DNA from: a virus
Taxonomy: Duplodnaviria; Caudoviricetes
Direction: 5' to 3' (one strand)
Virus record (IMG/VR): IMGVR_UViG_3300027896_000117
Coordinates: 1 to 37,277 of that record
DNA: 37,277 bases
The notes under the pieces were generated by a model that made no database searches, had not been told where the DNA came from, and saw nothing but the letters and a program-made list of their open reading frames with translations. Below are positions 7,682 through 17,129 of the stretch, in pieces. Within the stretch, counting starts at the first letter, position 1. Each line of letters starts with the position of its first letter. A program made the position numbers and the translations under genes.

Positions 7682-9175
7682 TTATCGGCTGAAACGGGCA
7701 ATATCCAAAATTCTGTTAAGTTCATCGTTTTCTGCACTTTCCATGCAGCCGCCGACGAGCTTACCGATGTTATTGTTCTTGACTTTTTCTGTTGGACCCA
7801 ACTGACCTGCTTTTTTCTGTTCTGGACCCAAGTCTTCTTCAAGTTCATTACCGTGTTCAATGTCTTTGAGGTCAGGATCGCTGGAACGCAAAGAACTCTT
7901 TTCTTGTTCTTTGTAATCCTGCATTTCATCCTTTTTGTACGGCTGTGGAATGCTTTCTGGGATACCAACAGGGTTGTTTGATTTGAGGCTTTCGTCTTCC
8001 TCAACCTTGTCTTTCTTTAGTTTCTTCCAGGGCTTGCTGCCCTTCCAAGTAATATCCATTTCATCTTCGTCTTCTGCAAGACCGAATGCCTTTAGATTCT
8101 TTTCCTCAGTTGATTGATTGTGCTTCAACGTCATCGCGCCGGGTGCTTCTGCAACAGCCATTGTTTCGCTGATTAGATCATCTACCCAGTTAGAAAGTTC
8201 ATTGACTTCTTTTGCTTCTGAAACATTTTTATGCAAACGTGATAGGATTGGCATTACTGATTCAATGCGCGGGTCGAGGCTTGAACTCATGAACATTTCG
8301 CTGATATTGTCTGAACCTTCGTCTTCCATCAGAGTCGGAGTCCATGATTCGAAATACATGTTGTATCCGCGATGGCCAGTTAGTTTGTTAAGGTTTTCAC
8401 GCAAAGTGTTGTAATGATTGATACCTTCGTTCACTAGTGATTGTACTGATTCATTGAACTGCTTGTTTTTGGTTGCGCGAACAAAACCAGCCATCTTGTT
8501 ATATTCTTCGCAGATACCTTTGATGTGATTCCAACGATCATCATTAGGGACACCACCTTCAGCGATGTGGCGAGCATATACACGAGCGAGACCTGGACGA
8601 GTAGTAGGAGCTAAGAAACGCTCACCTTCTGCGTTTTCAAGATAAATCTTGGCAACGTTGCGATAACGCTGTTCACCTTCTTCAAGTGCGCGATTGTGTT
8701 GCAACACGATCTTGACATTTGGAACGGCATCGTTATAAGATGCTTTTTTACCCATTGGATGATAGCCTTCGCCTAATTGCTTCTTCATTTTATAGTGTTC
8801 CCTTTGACGCATATCGTCACCTAAACGGTCTTTGTTTGACAGTTCGAAATTCATTTGTCTGCGCTGTGCCCATTGCTTCAACAGCTTCAAAAATCCAACC
8901 CATGTATCATCGTAATCTAGACCAGGAGTTTCATTGTCCGGGCTGTTTTCCTGCTCGCTGTCGTAATATACGATTAGGTTCTGAGCATCATCAATGCTGA
9001 CCCAAGCTTTACCGTATTCCTTGCCATCCTTGATGAATGTAAACTCAATGACATCTGCATCCTGAGATGCTTGAACTCTTTGATTTTGTGCATTAAGTGG
9101 TGCAGGTTTATAGCCTCTAACTTTCAGAAGGTCATATAACTTTTTGTTGAAGGATTCGTTGTCAATGTTCGCCAT
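7682..9175 (-). CDS. Late protein, probable virion / prohead-core-associated
   Basis: Directly after TATAAATA; next to terminase; acidic C-terminal half with many hydrophobic-X-E sites. Confidence 0.6.
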   Translation of the reverse strand: MANIDNESFNKKLYDLLKVRGYKPAPLNAQNQRVQASQDADVIEFTFIKDGKEYGKAWVSIDDAQNLIVYYDSEQENSPDNETPGLDYDDTWVGFLKLLKQWAQRRQMNFELSNKDRLGDDMRQREHYKMKKQLGEGYHPMGKKASYNDAVPNVKIVLQHNRALEEGEQRYRNVAKIYLENAEGERFLAPTTRPGLARVYARHIAEGGVPNDDRWNHIKGICEEYNKMAGFVRATKNKQFNESVQSLVNEGINHYNTLRENLNKLTGHRGYNMYFESWTPTLMEDEGSDNISEMFMSSSLDPRIESVMPILSRLHKNVSEAKEVNELSNWVDDLISETMAVAEAPGAMTLKHNQSTEEKNLKAFGLAEDEDEMDITWKGSKPWKKLKKDKVEEDESLKSNNPVGIPESIPQPYKKDEMQDYKEQEKSSLRSSDPDLKDIEHGNELEEDLGPEQKKAGQLGPTEKVKNNNIGKLVGGCMESAENDELNRILDIARFSR

Positions 9176-9180
9176 GATAG

Positions 9181-9188
9181 TATTTATA
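9181..9188 (-). promoter_or_regulatory. T4-type late promoter
   Basis: Exact TATAAATA, 5 nt before ATG at 9175. Confidence 0.75.
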
Positions 9189-9193
9189 CAAAC

Positions 9194-10747
9194 TCAGCCG
9201 AGAATAGCAAAGAAGGGCAGCGGAGCAATCATATCTTCATAGTCACGAATCTGCGCTTCCAAATCACCGTGATAGTCTGCTAATTGTGTCATTATGCGAA
9301 TTACTAACAGTGATGCCATAACAAGATCGTCTGTTTCTCCGACTTTAGCAGCATAGCTTCCACCATGTGCAACAAATGCTTTCATCTCCGTGATCAATGG
9401 GCGACTGTGTATTGTCATTCTCTTTGATTCTACAAGAGTCTTGAACTTGGCACATGCAGCAAGCTTTGGTTTGTTACTGGTATTAAAACCCTTGCGTTTC
9501 TTGCCCGGCTCACTGATAAAGATACCTTGAATGTTTGATTCGCCGTACTCGTTAAGAGAAATCAATGCAGCTTCACCGATAGAATTGTTTTCGATGGAGT
9601 AATAAACATTGTTTGGCTCACCTGTGCATTCTACTATGTACTTGGTTATTTCAGCAAGAAGTTTGATTTGACTAGGAATATCTGTTTTGTTATGCTTCCA
9701 TTCACCGACTTGAGTAGTTGTAGTCGCTTCAAAAATTTGAATGGCTGCCGGATCGCCGCCGGTTCCCAACGAAGGATCAAGACCTACTGCATAGAGATTT
9801 CCCTTCTGTGGTCGTTGATACCAACGCACTTGTCCCATTCGTGATATAGGTTCTGTACCCTCTAATTCAAACAATCGGTTTGGATTAATGAGTGTTTCGT
9901 CTGCAATGATGAACTCGCAAAGAATTTCTCGGCGGAAACGATCTTCTCCAAGCTTGGCTCGCATTTCTGCTTCATATTCTGCACCACGTTCGGGATGCTC
10001 GCTCCAGTGTGATTGAAACGCTTTGAATCCGTTCACGCCTAGCTCGGTTGTATTCCCGAATTCGTCTTCGGTCTTGTTTGCCATTTTCCAAATCAAAGCA
10101 AACTGATCTTCGTCCGAGTTAGGAGTAGAAGTGATGATACACTTACCACCAGTTGACAGAGTAGGAGTAATAGAAGTCCAGAACTCTGTTGCGATTGAGG
10201 GGCGCACGAACGCAAATTCGTCCATGTATAGCAGCGAGATAGACATACCACGACCGGTATTTTCAGTCGTAGTAGCAGACACGATACGAGAACCATTTTC
10301 AAAATCTATGGATCCCTTATTGTACGTTGTTACGCCCGCTTTAATGTGATCAGGACAGTTTTCATATGCGTAACGAATACGCTGCATGATTTCTTGAGCG
10401 CCAGTGTACTTGTGTGCAGCAATCAAAACAGTTGAGTCTGGTATGAACATTGCATACCACAGAAGATAACCAGCAGCAGATGTTGATTTACCGGTCTGTC
10501 TGGGCATCAATGATATACTGGAACGATACTTGTGGTATGTTTCAATGAGTTTCTTTTGGAAGTCCCATGGGTGGTAATTCATTGCACCTTTTGTTGGGTG
10601 CTGAATCATGAAGAAGTTGGACATGAAATACAAGTATCCCGTAGCGGGGTCACAGCACTTAATGAAGTCATCGAGTTCTTTTTGTGTCTTAAAAACCGTC
10701 TTTTGATAAGGGGTTTTAATTAAGGTAGGTGTATTGTTGTTAGCCAT
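9194..10747 (-). CDS. terL: Terminase large subunit (T4 gp17-like)
   Basis: PRQTGKS Walker A, LLYMDEFAF Walker B, ITSTPN, nuclease GLDPSLG, IENNSIG, DDLVMA. Confidence 0.95.
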   Translation of the reverse strand: MANNNTPTLIKTPYQKTVFKTQKELDDFIKCCDPATGYLYFMSNFFMIQHPTKGAMNYHPWDFQKKLIETYHKYRSSISLMPRQTGKSTSAAGYLLWYAMFIPDSTVLIAAHKYTGAQEIMQRIRYAYENCPDHIKAGVTTYNKGSIDFENGSRIVSATTTENTGRGMSISLLYMDEFAFVRPSIATEFWTSITPTLSTGGKCIITSTPNSDEDQFALIWKMANKTEDEFGNTTELGVNGFKAFQSHWSEHPERGAEYEAEMRAKLGEDRFRREILCEFIIADETLINPNRLFELEGTEPISRMGQVRWYQRPQKGNLYAVGLDPSLGTGGDPAAIQIFEATTTTQVGEWKHNKTDIPSQIKLLAEITKYIVECTGEPNNVYYSIENNSIGEAALISLNEYGESNIQGIFISEPGKKRKGFNTSNKPKLAACAKFKTLVESKRMTIHSRPLITEMKAFVAHGGSYAAKVGETDDLVMASLLVIRIMTQLADYHGDLEAQIRDYEDMIAPLPFFAILG

Positions 10748-10769
10748 AATATTATTTAGCTTTAATATG

Positions 10770-11054
10770 CTACTTTTTTGAGAAAGGGTCTTCGCCTGTC
10801 AAATGTGGCTTGGCGAACATGCATTGGAACCATTCAGGATCACCCGGTCTTATGTTGTTTTCGCGCATATACTGTGCCTTTTTGGATTGTAATGCGGTAT
10901 CAATTTCTGCTGTAGTTTCACCAGTAATCTTTCCCCCACCACTAAGCCGTTTCAATTCATCAAGTGACATGTCTTTTTCAGGCAGTGGCTTAAGATTACG
11001 CATATTTTGGTGTGCGTTCATCAGTTTAGCTTGTTGAAATGGATCAAACATCAT
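10770..11054 (-). CDS. Hypothetical late protein (start revised to MMFDP)
   Basis: ATGA overlap with fibre gene stop; LDELKRLSG and NIRPGDPEWF motifs. Confidence 0.7.
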   Translation of the reverse strand: MMFDPFQQAKLMNAHQNMRNLKPLPEKDMSLDELKRLSGGGKITGETTAEIDTALQSKKAQYMRENNIRPGDPEWFQCMFAKPHLTGEDPFSKK

Positions 11055-14000
11055 ACGTAACTCGCCTGAACGTATGTATTCGCGGCGGTGCCATCTACAC
11101 AAGAGTAAGTAAGAATTACTGCTTGATTGGCACCATACAATGCGCCGGGACCATGACCAGTAATAGTCGTGGTGCCAGTGGTGCTATTATTAGCATCAGA
11201 TACGCCCATCGCAATGTTTCTACCATTGCCGCCCATTCTAACGATTAGCTTAACTGTTGATCCTGCGGTAAAGTTAGCAAGTGTAACCGTAGTATCACCA
11301 GTAGGAACATACCATAATACTATACTATCAGAATTAAAATTAATAGTTTGTGTAGTTCCACCAGTTACTGATCTTACACCACCATCATTGAATGCAATTC
11401 TCGGAGTAGTTATTACTCCATTCGCAGAGATATTTAGATTGCTGGTTGTTGTATTTCCGGTTACTGTTGCATTTCCAGTAACTGCAAGTGTGCCAACGTT
11501 AGCAATACCCACTGTAGTTAAATTACCCCCAGTGATGTTACTGGTTGCAACTATTAAACCAGAAGTTCCAAGATTTCCGACATTTGCATTTCCAGTAACC
11601 GCAAGTGAAGTTAAGTTACCTACCGATGTGATATTTGGCTGTGCATTGGTTGTAACTGTTCCTGCTGTCGTTGCAGAGGTGGCACTTGATGCTGTTCCCG
11701 CGCTTGAGGCATATGTTGCGTTAGCCACAATACCAATAACATTTGCTCCTGTTACTGAGTTTGCGACACTGGCGTAAGTGGAATTGAATGCATTCAGTGC
11801 ATTTGGAACATTCCCAGTAACATTTGCACCAGCAACCGTATTTGCGGTTGCTGCGAGAGTTGCAAATCCAGCACTTGTTGCGTAGGTTGCATTTGCTACC
11901 GTTCCTGTGACGTTGGCACCAGCAACCGTATTTGCGGTTGCTGCGAGAGTTGCAAATCCAGCACTTGTTGCGTAGGTTGCATTTGCTACCGTTCCTGTGA
12001 CGTTGGCACCATTAATTGCACTTAATCCTGCGCCAGCACCAGATAGATTTCCGGCAGAAAGATTGCCCGTTACCGCGAGAGTGGTAAGATTACCAACAGA
12101 TGTGATATTTGGTTGTGCACCTGTAGTTACGGTTCCTGCAGTTGTTGCAGCACCAGTAAGATTACCAGTGAATGTCGTTGCAGTTACGGCTGCCAGCCCA
12201 GCCAAAGCATTTGCAGTTGATCCCAAACTGATCGTAGTATTACCAATGATAATATTACTATTTGCAAGTTTAGCATTAGTGAGACTACCTGATGTTAGTG
12301 CAGTTGTAACATCCGAACTTTGCAGTGTGACTGTACCTGTGCGAGTGTTGAATGATTGCACTGGGGCTGCGGCGGCTGCTTGCGATGAGTTTACATAGCC
12401 ATTAGGGTTGGTTGCACCGTTGTATGGAGTATACCCCAATGCAGTTGTAACGTCTGAACTTTGTAATGTAACAGCGCCGGTTCTAGTATTGAAACTAGCG
12501 ACCACTGACCCTGATCCAGGAATACGATCCCATGCTGTGCCATTGTATATTACATAGTCACCTGCATAAAATGTTGTTGAGCCTTCACCGATATCTTGTG
12601 TGCCGCCTGCACTGACACTATATTGCCAACCTGCTATAACTCCAACTGGTAAGCCTGGCCCTAATGTAGGAGTATTTGTGCTAGCGTTCCATGCACCAAT
12701 ATATATCACGGCTCCAGCAGGTAACTGAGAAGTCGGAACTTTTCCTGAACTATTTAGTGAAGCAACGCCGTTTCCAACACCGATATAACTTAGTGGAATG
12801 GCGGCAGTATTTTGACTTGTTCCGTCATTAAATGTTACACCATTGCTACTGAATACCAATTGTTTAGATATAACGTTTGAACCAATTGGTGTTGTCCAAA
12901 CTTCAATGCGAGCACCTTGATTCGTTGCTGTTTGATTTTCACTGGCAACGATGTCAAAACGCGCAATGCCTGCGGCAGGAAAAACATTTGCAGAATTATA
13001 GGCACTGCCAGCAAAACGGGCCACAAGTTCATTGCTGTTTACTGGAGTTGGTGATGAACTCGTTCCGTCATATCTGCGACCAACAAACAACGAATAATTA
13101 TTTGCAGCATCATTATGTATCTTACTTGCTGTTCCGGGCTGGCCAGTGATGTGTAGCATTGATCCCGATGATGCTGGTGGGACATAATTTCCATCGGATG
13201 ACCCAATAATACTTACTGCTCCAGTATTTGAATCAAACGTGGGAGTTAGAATCTGGACTTCACCAATGCCATTGACTTGAAACGAAGGTTTAGGATTAGT
13301 TGTAGTATAAATATTAAATTCATTGGTATTAAAAATAATACCAGCATTAGTTCCGGTTGTTGCGATAGTAAGTGAATTGTTTGCTACAATATCATATATT
13401 TGATCACTACTTAGTAAAATATTACCAATTCTTAGTGACCCATTTACTGTCGCATTTCCAGAAATTCCTACCGTTCCTATAAGGCTACTTGTTCCGTTTG
13501 CTGTAAAGTTACCGATAGACTGAACAGTTCCACCCATAATAACATTACCGACAAGGTTACTTGTTCCGTTTGCTGTAAAGTTACCGATAGACTGAACAGT
13601 TCCACTCATAATAACATTACCGACAAGGTTACTTGTTCCGGTTGCTGTAAGGGTCCCGGTTACCTGAATATTATTTTGCAATAAAACGTTTCCGCTTAAG
13701 TTAGTGGTTCCGTTTGCAATAAAGTTACCGATAGACTGAACAGTTCCACCCATAATAACATTACCGACAAGGTTACTTGTTCCGTTTGCTGTAAGATTTC
13801 CTGATATACCAACCTCGCCGGACATCAGTACGATATTTGATAAACTTACTAATCCATTTGCATTAAGATTGCCAAGCACTGTAGCATTACCTGACATAGT
13901 TACATTACCTATGAGTATGCTTGTGCCATTCGCAGTTAATCCGCCAGCAATCTGTAAATTGCCTCCTATATTGGCGGGTCCAGCAAAATTACTGCCGGTG

Positions 14001-14569
14001 TTAGTTAGAACCAATACGTTTGAAATGCCGGTAGTACTAAATTGCACACTGCCATTTGGAGTAATAAACATACCGCTATTGCCGTTAGTGATCGCTCCTG
14101 TTGAAATGCCAGCAACATTACCAATATAAAGAATATTATTGAGTACATTCAATTCAGCACTATTGTTTACGTTTGCAATATCCTGAATAAAGATCGCGTT
14201 TGGTCCCAAATACATATTGCCCCATTTATTGGTAGGAGTACCTAAAGAAAAAGTACTCGGCGTTGATGGAACAAAATTGCCATTGGTAATTGTTGGGGGC
14301 GTATATAAGACATTATTAGTAAAGTCGTATGTTAACTGATAGCTTCCTGCAAAACTACCTGTACTATTATATTGAATTTGGGTATTGCTTCCCCCGATTG
14401 AGGCGTTACCGGCAATGCCTACCGGCTGTCCGCCTGGAGTGTTACCATCACTGTAGTAGAGTGCATTAGTATCTGGATTCCACCATAGACGATCCTGCTC
14501 ACCAACATAGTTGGCTGAGTTAGCGTTATTGTCTCTACTCGTAAATACTTTTTGAATAAAACCGCTCAA
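11051..14569 (-). CDS. Tail fibre / spike-like structural protein
   Basis: 1172 aa rich in G/N/T/A; GVASLNSSGKVPTSQLP, GAWNASTNTPTL, VASFNTRTGAVTL and AQPNITSVG repeats typical of phage fibres; GGAG SD, TTG start. Confidence 0.85.
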   Translation of the reverse strand: MSGFIQKVFTSRDNNANSANYVGEQDRLWWNPDTNALYYSDGNTPGGQPVGIAGNASIGGSNTQIQYNSTGSFAGSYQLTYDFTNNVLYTPPTITNGNFVPSTPSTFSLGTPTNKWGNMYLGPNAIFIQDIANVNNSAELNVLNNILYIGNVAGISTGAITNGNSGMFITPNGSVQFSTTGISNVLVLTNTGSNFAGPANIGGNLQIAGGLTANGTSILIGNVTMSGNATVLGNLNANGLVSLSNIVLMSGEVGISGNLTANGTSNLVGNVIMGGTVQSIGNFIANGTTNLSGNVLLQNNIQVTGTLTATGTSNLVGNVIMSGTVQSIGNFTANGTSNLVGNVIMGGTVQSIGNFTANGTSSLIGTVGISGNATVNGSLRIGNILLSSDQIYDIVANNSLTIATTGTNAGIIFNTNEFNIYTTTNPKPSFQVNGIGEVQILTPTFDSNTGAVSIIGSSDGNYVPPASSGSMLHITGQPGTASKIHNDAANNYSLFVGRRYDGTSSSPTPVNSNELVARFAGSAYNSANVFPAAGIARFDIVASENQTATNQGARIEVWTTPIGSNVISKQLVFSSNGVTFNDGTSQNTAAIPLSYIGVGNGVASLNSSGKVPTSQLPAGAVIYIGAWNASTNTPTLGPGLPVGVIAGWQYSVSAGGTQDIGEGSTTFYAGDYVIYNGTAWDRIPGSGSVVASFNTRTGAVTLQSSDVTTALGYTPYNGATNPNGYVNSSQAAAAAPVQSFNTRTGTVTLQSSDVTTALTSGSLTNAKLANSNIIIGNTTISLGSTANALAGLAAVTATTFTGNLTGAATTAGTVTTGAQPNITSVGNLTTLAVTGNLSAGNLSGAGAGLSAINGANVTGTVANATYATSAGFATLAATANTVAGANVTGTVANATYATSAGFATLAATANTVAGANVTGNVPNALNAFNSTYASVANSVTGANVIGIVANATYASSAGTASSATSATTAGTVTTNAQPNITSVGNLTSLAVTGNANVGNLGTSGLIVATSNITGGNLTTVGIANVGTLAVTGNATVTGNTTTSNLNISANGVITTPRIAFNDGGVRSVTGGTTQTINFNSDSIVLWYVPTGDTTVTLANFTAGSTVKLIVRMGGNGRNIAMGVSDANNSTTGTTTITGHGPGALYGANQAVILTYSCVDGTAANTYVQASYV
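11826..12010. repeat. Perfect 90-bp tandem duplication in fibre gene
   Basis: Two identical units encoding GANVTGTVANATYATSAGFATLAATANTVA. Confidence 0.9.
13486..13793. repeat. Near-perfect 72-bp repeats in fibre gene
   Basis: Three near-identical copies plus one diverged copy encoding GTSNLVGNVIM(G/S)GTVQSIGNF(T/I)AN. Confidence 0.85.
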
Positions 14570-14579
14570 GGTAATCTCC

Positions 14580-14927
14580 TTAAACGTCTAGAGGTTCGTC
14601 GTCACCCAATGCGTCTAGTACGACTGGATTGATACCTGCGTTACGTTTAATTGCAGCAAGTTCATTGTAGTGATGAACTTCATCTTCTGATTCTTCTTCG
14701 GTGTCATAGATATTATCGACGCCAGTTGCTTTTTTGAGAAGTTCAAGTTTCATCTGTAGCGGCGGAACAAATACATCATCTGGTGCATGAGCAAGACCAT
14801 TGTCATCGCCGCATCCGCAATCTTCACCGTCTTCAGATTCATAATCTGCGCCAGTTGCTGGGTGCATTCCGCCCTCTTTGGCATCAAGCATATCTGCTAA
14901 TCCGCGTAAAATTTCACTTGGTCTCAT
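14580..14927 (-). CDS. Acidic late protein, possible internal head protein
   Basis: CATAAATA at 14953-14946, GGAG SD; N-terminus MRPSEIL; FVPPLQMKLELLKKATG. Confidence 0.7.
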   Translation of the reverse strand: MRPSEILRGLADMLDAKEGGMHPATGADYESEDGEDCGCGDDNGLAHAPDDVFVPPLQMKLELLKKATGVDNIYDTEEESEDEVHHYNELAAIKRNAGINPVVLDALGDDEPLDV

Positions 14928-14961
14928 AGTAAACTCCGTATGTTGTATTTATGCTTTACAT

Positions 14962-14988
14962 AACAAATCACCCGCAAAATGCGGGTGA
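14962..14988 (-). terminator. Intrinsic terminator
   Basis: TCACCCGCA-TTT-TGCGGGTGA followed by TTTGTT. Confidence 0.75.
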
Positions 14989-15013
14989 CTGCTTAATCAA
15001 AATTTAAATTTAC

Positions 15014-15706
15014 TCACTTGATATCTAGTGGACGAGCCTTTGTTGCTACGACACAAAAATACTTTTCCGAAACTGTTCTTGGTTCTTCTTGACCTTCTTG
15101 AGGAATTCCAATATCAAATTCAAGATTGTTGAACTTATCAATATTGAACCCAGTACGAACAAGCAATGCTGCCAACTGATTGGCACCAAGAATGCTGTAG
15201 TGATTTGGATTGTATTCGTGACCGCGTTCGCAGTCCGGGGCAGGAACTTCGATGTAAATCTTAGAACCCTGCTTTAGTACACGGTTGTATTCCATCAAAG
15301 TGAAAATAGGATACGGAGAATGTTCTAGAGATTGACGGGCAAAAATGAAGTCCACTGATTCATCATAGTAACCTTCCTGCTGCGGAAGGAACGACATATC
15401 ATATGTCTTGGTCGTATGACCTTTTTCTTGACATGCGTTGATATCTTCAGGACTCAGGGTGATACCGACAAGATCAGTGTATCCAAGTTCCTTCATTGAA
15501 TCTAAGAAATATCCTACGCCACATCCCATATCAAGAATCTTAGCGTCTTTTGGAAGCTCCATTGGTTCAATGTAGGTTTCTACTACCTGCTCAGTGAGCT
15601 TCTTATGGAATTCACTTGGACCCTCATCATAGATGTGGGCAGTATAAAGCCATTCATTGTAAAAGCGAAGTTTAATAATATCCAGTGTTTGATTAATATC
15701 TATCAT
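15014..15706 (-). CDS. Class I SAM-dependent methyltransferase
   Basis: KILDMGCGVG motif I, SVDFIFARQSLEH, RVLKQGSKIYIEVP. Confidence 0.9.
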   Translation of the reverse strand: MIDINQTLDIIKLRFYNEWLYTAHIYDEGPSEFHKKLTEQVVETYIEPMELPKDAKILDMGCGVGYFLDSMKELGYTDLVGITLSPEDINACQEKGHTTKTYDMSFLPQQEGYYDESVDFIFARQSLEHSPYPIFTLMEYNRVLKQGSKIYIEVPAPDCERGHEYNPNHYSILGANQLAALLVRTGFNIDKFNNLEFDIGIPQEGQEEPRTVSEKYFCVVATKARPLDIK

Positions 15707-16323
15707 ATATTTTCTTTCTTAAATTTGCAGTTATCGAAATGCCATCTTTTCATAATGCCTTCTCCGCCTTCTGCACCGCAATGTGGACAGGATGCTTTTT
15801 TCTTTGGTTTTCGGTTAGCTAAGCTATTTTTTAACTTCCATTCATCTGATTGTGTTTTGCCAAAATTTGGATTTTTCTCACCAGTGCGGGCACGGTTGCT
15901 ATTACTAAGATCAGGTCTAGGAACGCCGCGCTTAGGTGCAATGCGTTTTTCTATATGCTCCGGAGACTGCGGACCCAAAGAATGCCTAGGTCCTCTCATT
16001 TTTTCAATAGATTTCGGCGTGTGTGGTATTCCGGTCCTAACCGGAGAACGGTCATTGTTATGTTGATTAAAACTATTTTCATCATGCTTAGCATTAGCAT
16101 CTTGCAATAACTTAGTTTCTAAATCTCTCATTTCCAATGGATTGCCTGTTGCAAGTATTTCACGTTTCCATTCTTTGGGATTTGCAATAATGAGAGGCTT
16201 AACTATTTTACTAGAACAGTAATATCCATCATCTGGATGGGAACCAACTCGGGTCCTAGAACCAATATACCATTTGCCAGTAGGTATATGAACCCACTTG
16301 TATACATAAGCCACCGTTTCCAT
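15703..16323 (-). CDS. GIY-YIG homing endonuclease (Seg-like, NUMOD3-type repeats)
   Basis: YVYKW...WYIGSR; HTPKSIEKM, QSPEHIEKR, GEKNPNFGKTQSDEWK; terminal CPHC...KRWHFDNCK. Confidence 0.88.
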   Translation of the reverse strand: METVAYVYKWVHIPTGKWYIGSRTRVGSHPDDGYYCSSKIVKPLIIANPKEWKREILATGNPLEMRDLETKLLQDANAKHDENSFNQHNNDRSPVRTGIPHTPKSIEKMRGPRHSLGPQSPEHIEKRIAPKRGVPRPDLSNSNRARTGEKNPNFGKTQSDEWKLKNSLANRKPKKKASCPHCGAEGGEGIMKRWHFDNCKFKKENI

Positions 16324-16353
16324 AAAGTTACTTATGCAGAGTATTTAAACAGA

Positions 16354-16719
16354 TTATTTTTTTCTGTAGTCACCGACTTTACGTGTAGGGCTTAGCTTGT
16401 TGGTATCTTCACGTTCTTTGCTTTTTGAAGATGCCCACTTGCGACCGCTTTTGTCTCCTACTTGCTTTGCTGCAAAGTCAAGCATTTTTTGCTCTGCATC
16501 AGTGTAAGCATGGAACATAGGATTCCCGGCCAAGAAATTTGTCTGCGGGGTTGGGAAATCAGGGGCGCCCGCTAGAGCAATACCCATTCTCCAATGCATA
16601 TAAGAGTTACCCGTGCTGATATTCTGATCGTCAAACGTGTTAACCGCACCCATTTCGTTACCGAATGATTCTGCGTCCAACTTATGACTGGATTCAGTGA
16701 TGAACTCGCTCGCTCTCAT
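16354..16719 (-). CDS. Probable internal head protein, paralog A
   Basis: MRASEFITES N-terminus; WRMGIALAGAPDFPTP shared with neighbour. Confidence 0.7.
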   Translation of the reverse strand: MRASEFITESSHKLDAESFGNEMGAVNTFDDQNISTGNSYMHWRMGIALAGAPDFPTPQTNFLAGNPMFHAYTDAEQKMLDFAAKQVGDKSGRKWASSKSKEREDTNKLSPTRKVGDYRKK

Positions 16720-17105
16720 TATTTTTTGTAGCTCTTTACTTTACGTACTGGACTGACTTTGTTGGTATTGTCCATTTCAGTACTGCGGTTGTCACTCAGT
16801 TTTCTTATTCTACCTGCACCAACTGCCTGAGCAGCTTTATTGATGATTTCTAGTTCTACGTCTGAGTAAGTTGACAATAGAGGATCACCTGCCATTGGTC
16901 CTACAGGCGGAGTTGGGTAATCAGGGGCACCTGCCATTGCTACACCAAATCTCCAAGCTAAGTATGGACTTCCACTAGTCTTGTTGATACTGATATCAGG
17001 CATAGAAATTGCACCCTTAATGGCATCCATTTGGCTATCACCAAAACTACCTGGTTCTGCTGGAGTATCGGACACCGATTCAGTTAAAAATTCCCATGCT
17101 CTCAT
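16719..17105 (-). CDS. Probable internal head protein, paralog B
   Basis: MRAWEFLTES N-terminus; WRFGVAMAGAPDYPTP; GATAAATA at 17138-17131. Confidence 0.7.
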   Translation of the reverse strand: MRAWEFLTESVSDTPAEPGSFGDSQMDAIKGAISMPDISINKTSGSPYLAWRFGVAMAGAPDYPTPPVGPMAGDPLLSTYSDVELEIINKAAQAVGAGRIRKLSDNRSTEMDNTNKVSPVRKVKSYKK

Positions 17106-17129
17106 AATAAAATTCTCTCTTTGTAATAG

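Noticed and set aside
7669-8004. Alternative-frame 111-aa ORF at the end of the 497-aa gene (possible frameshift product)
   Set aside because: No clear slippery site or RBS seen; the main frame is intact
11826-13793. Direct repeats as a possible CRISPR array or DGR template/variable pair
   Set aside because: In-frame coding repeats without unique spacers or adenine-specific mismatches; no cas or reverse transcriptase gene in the window
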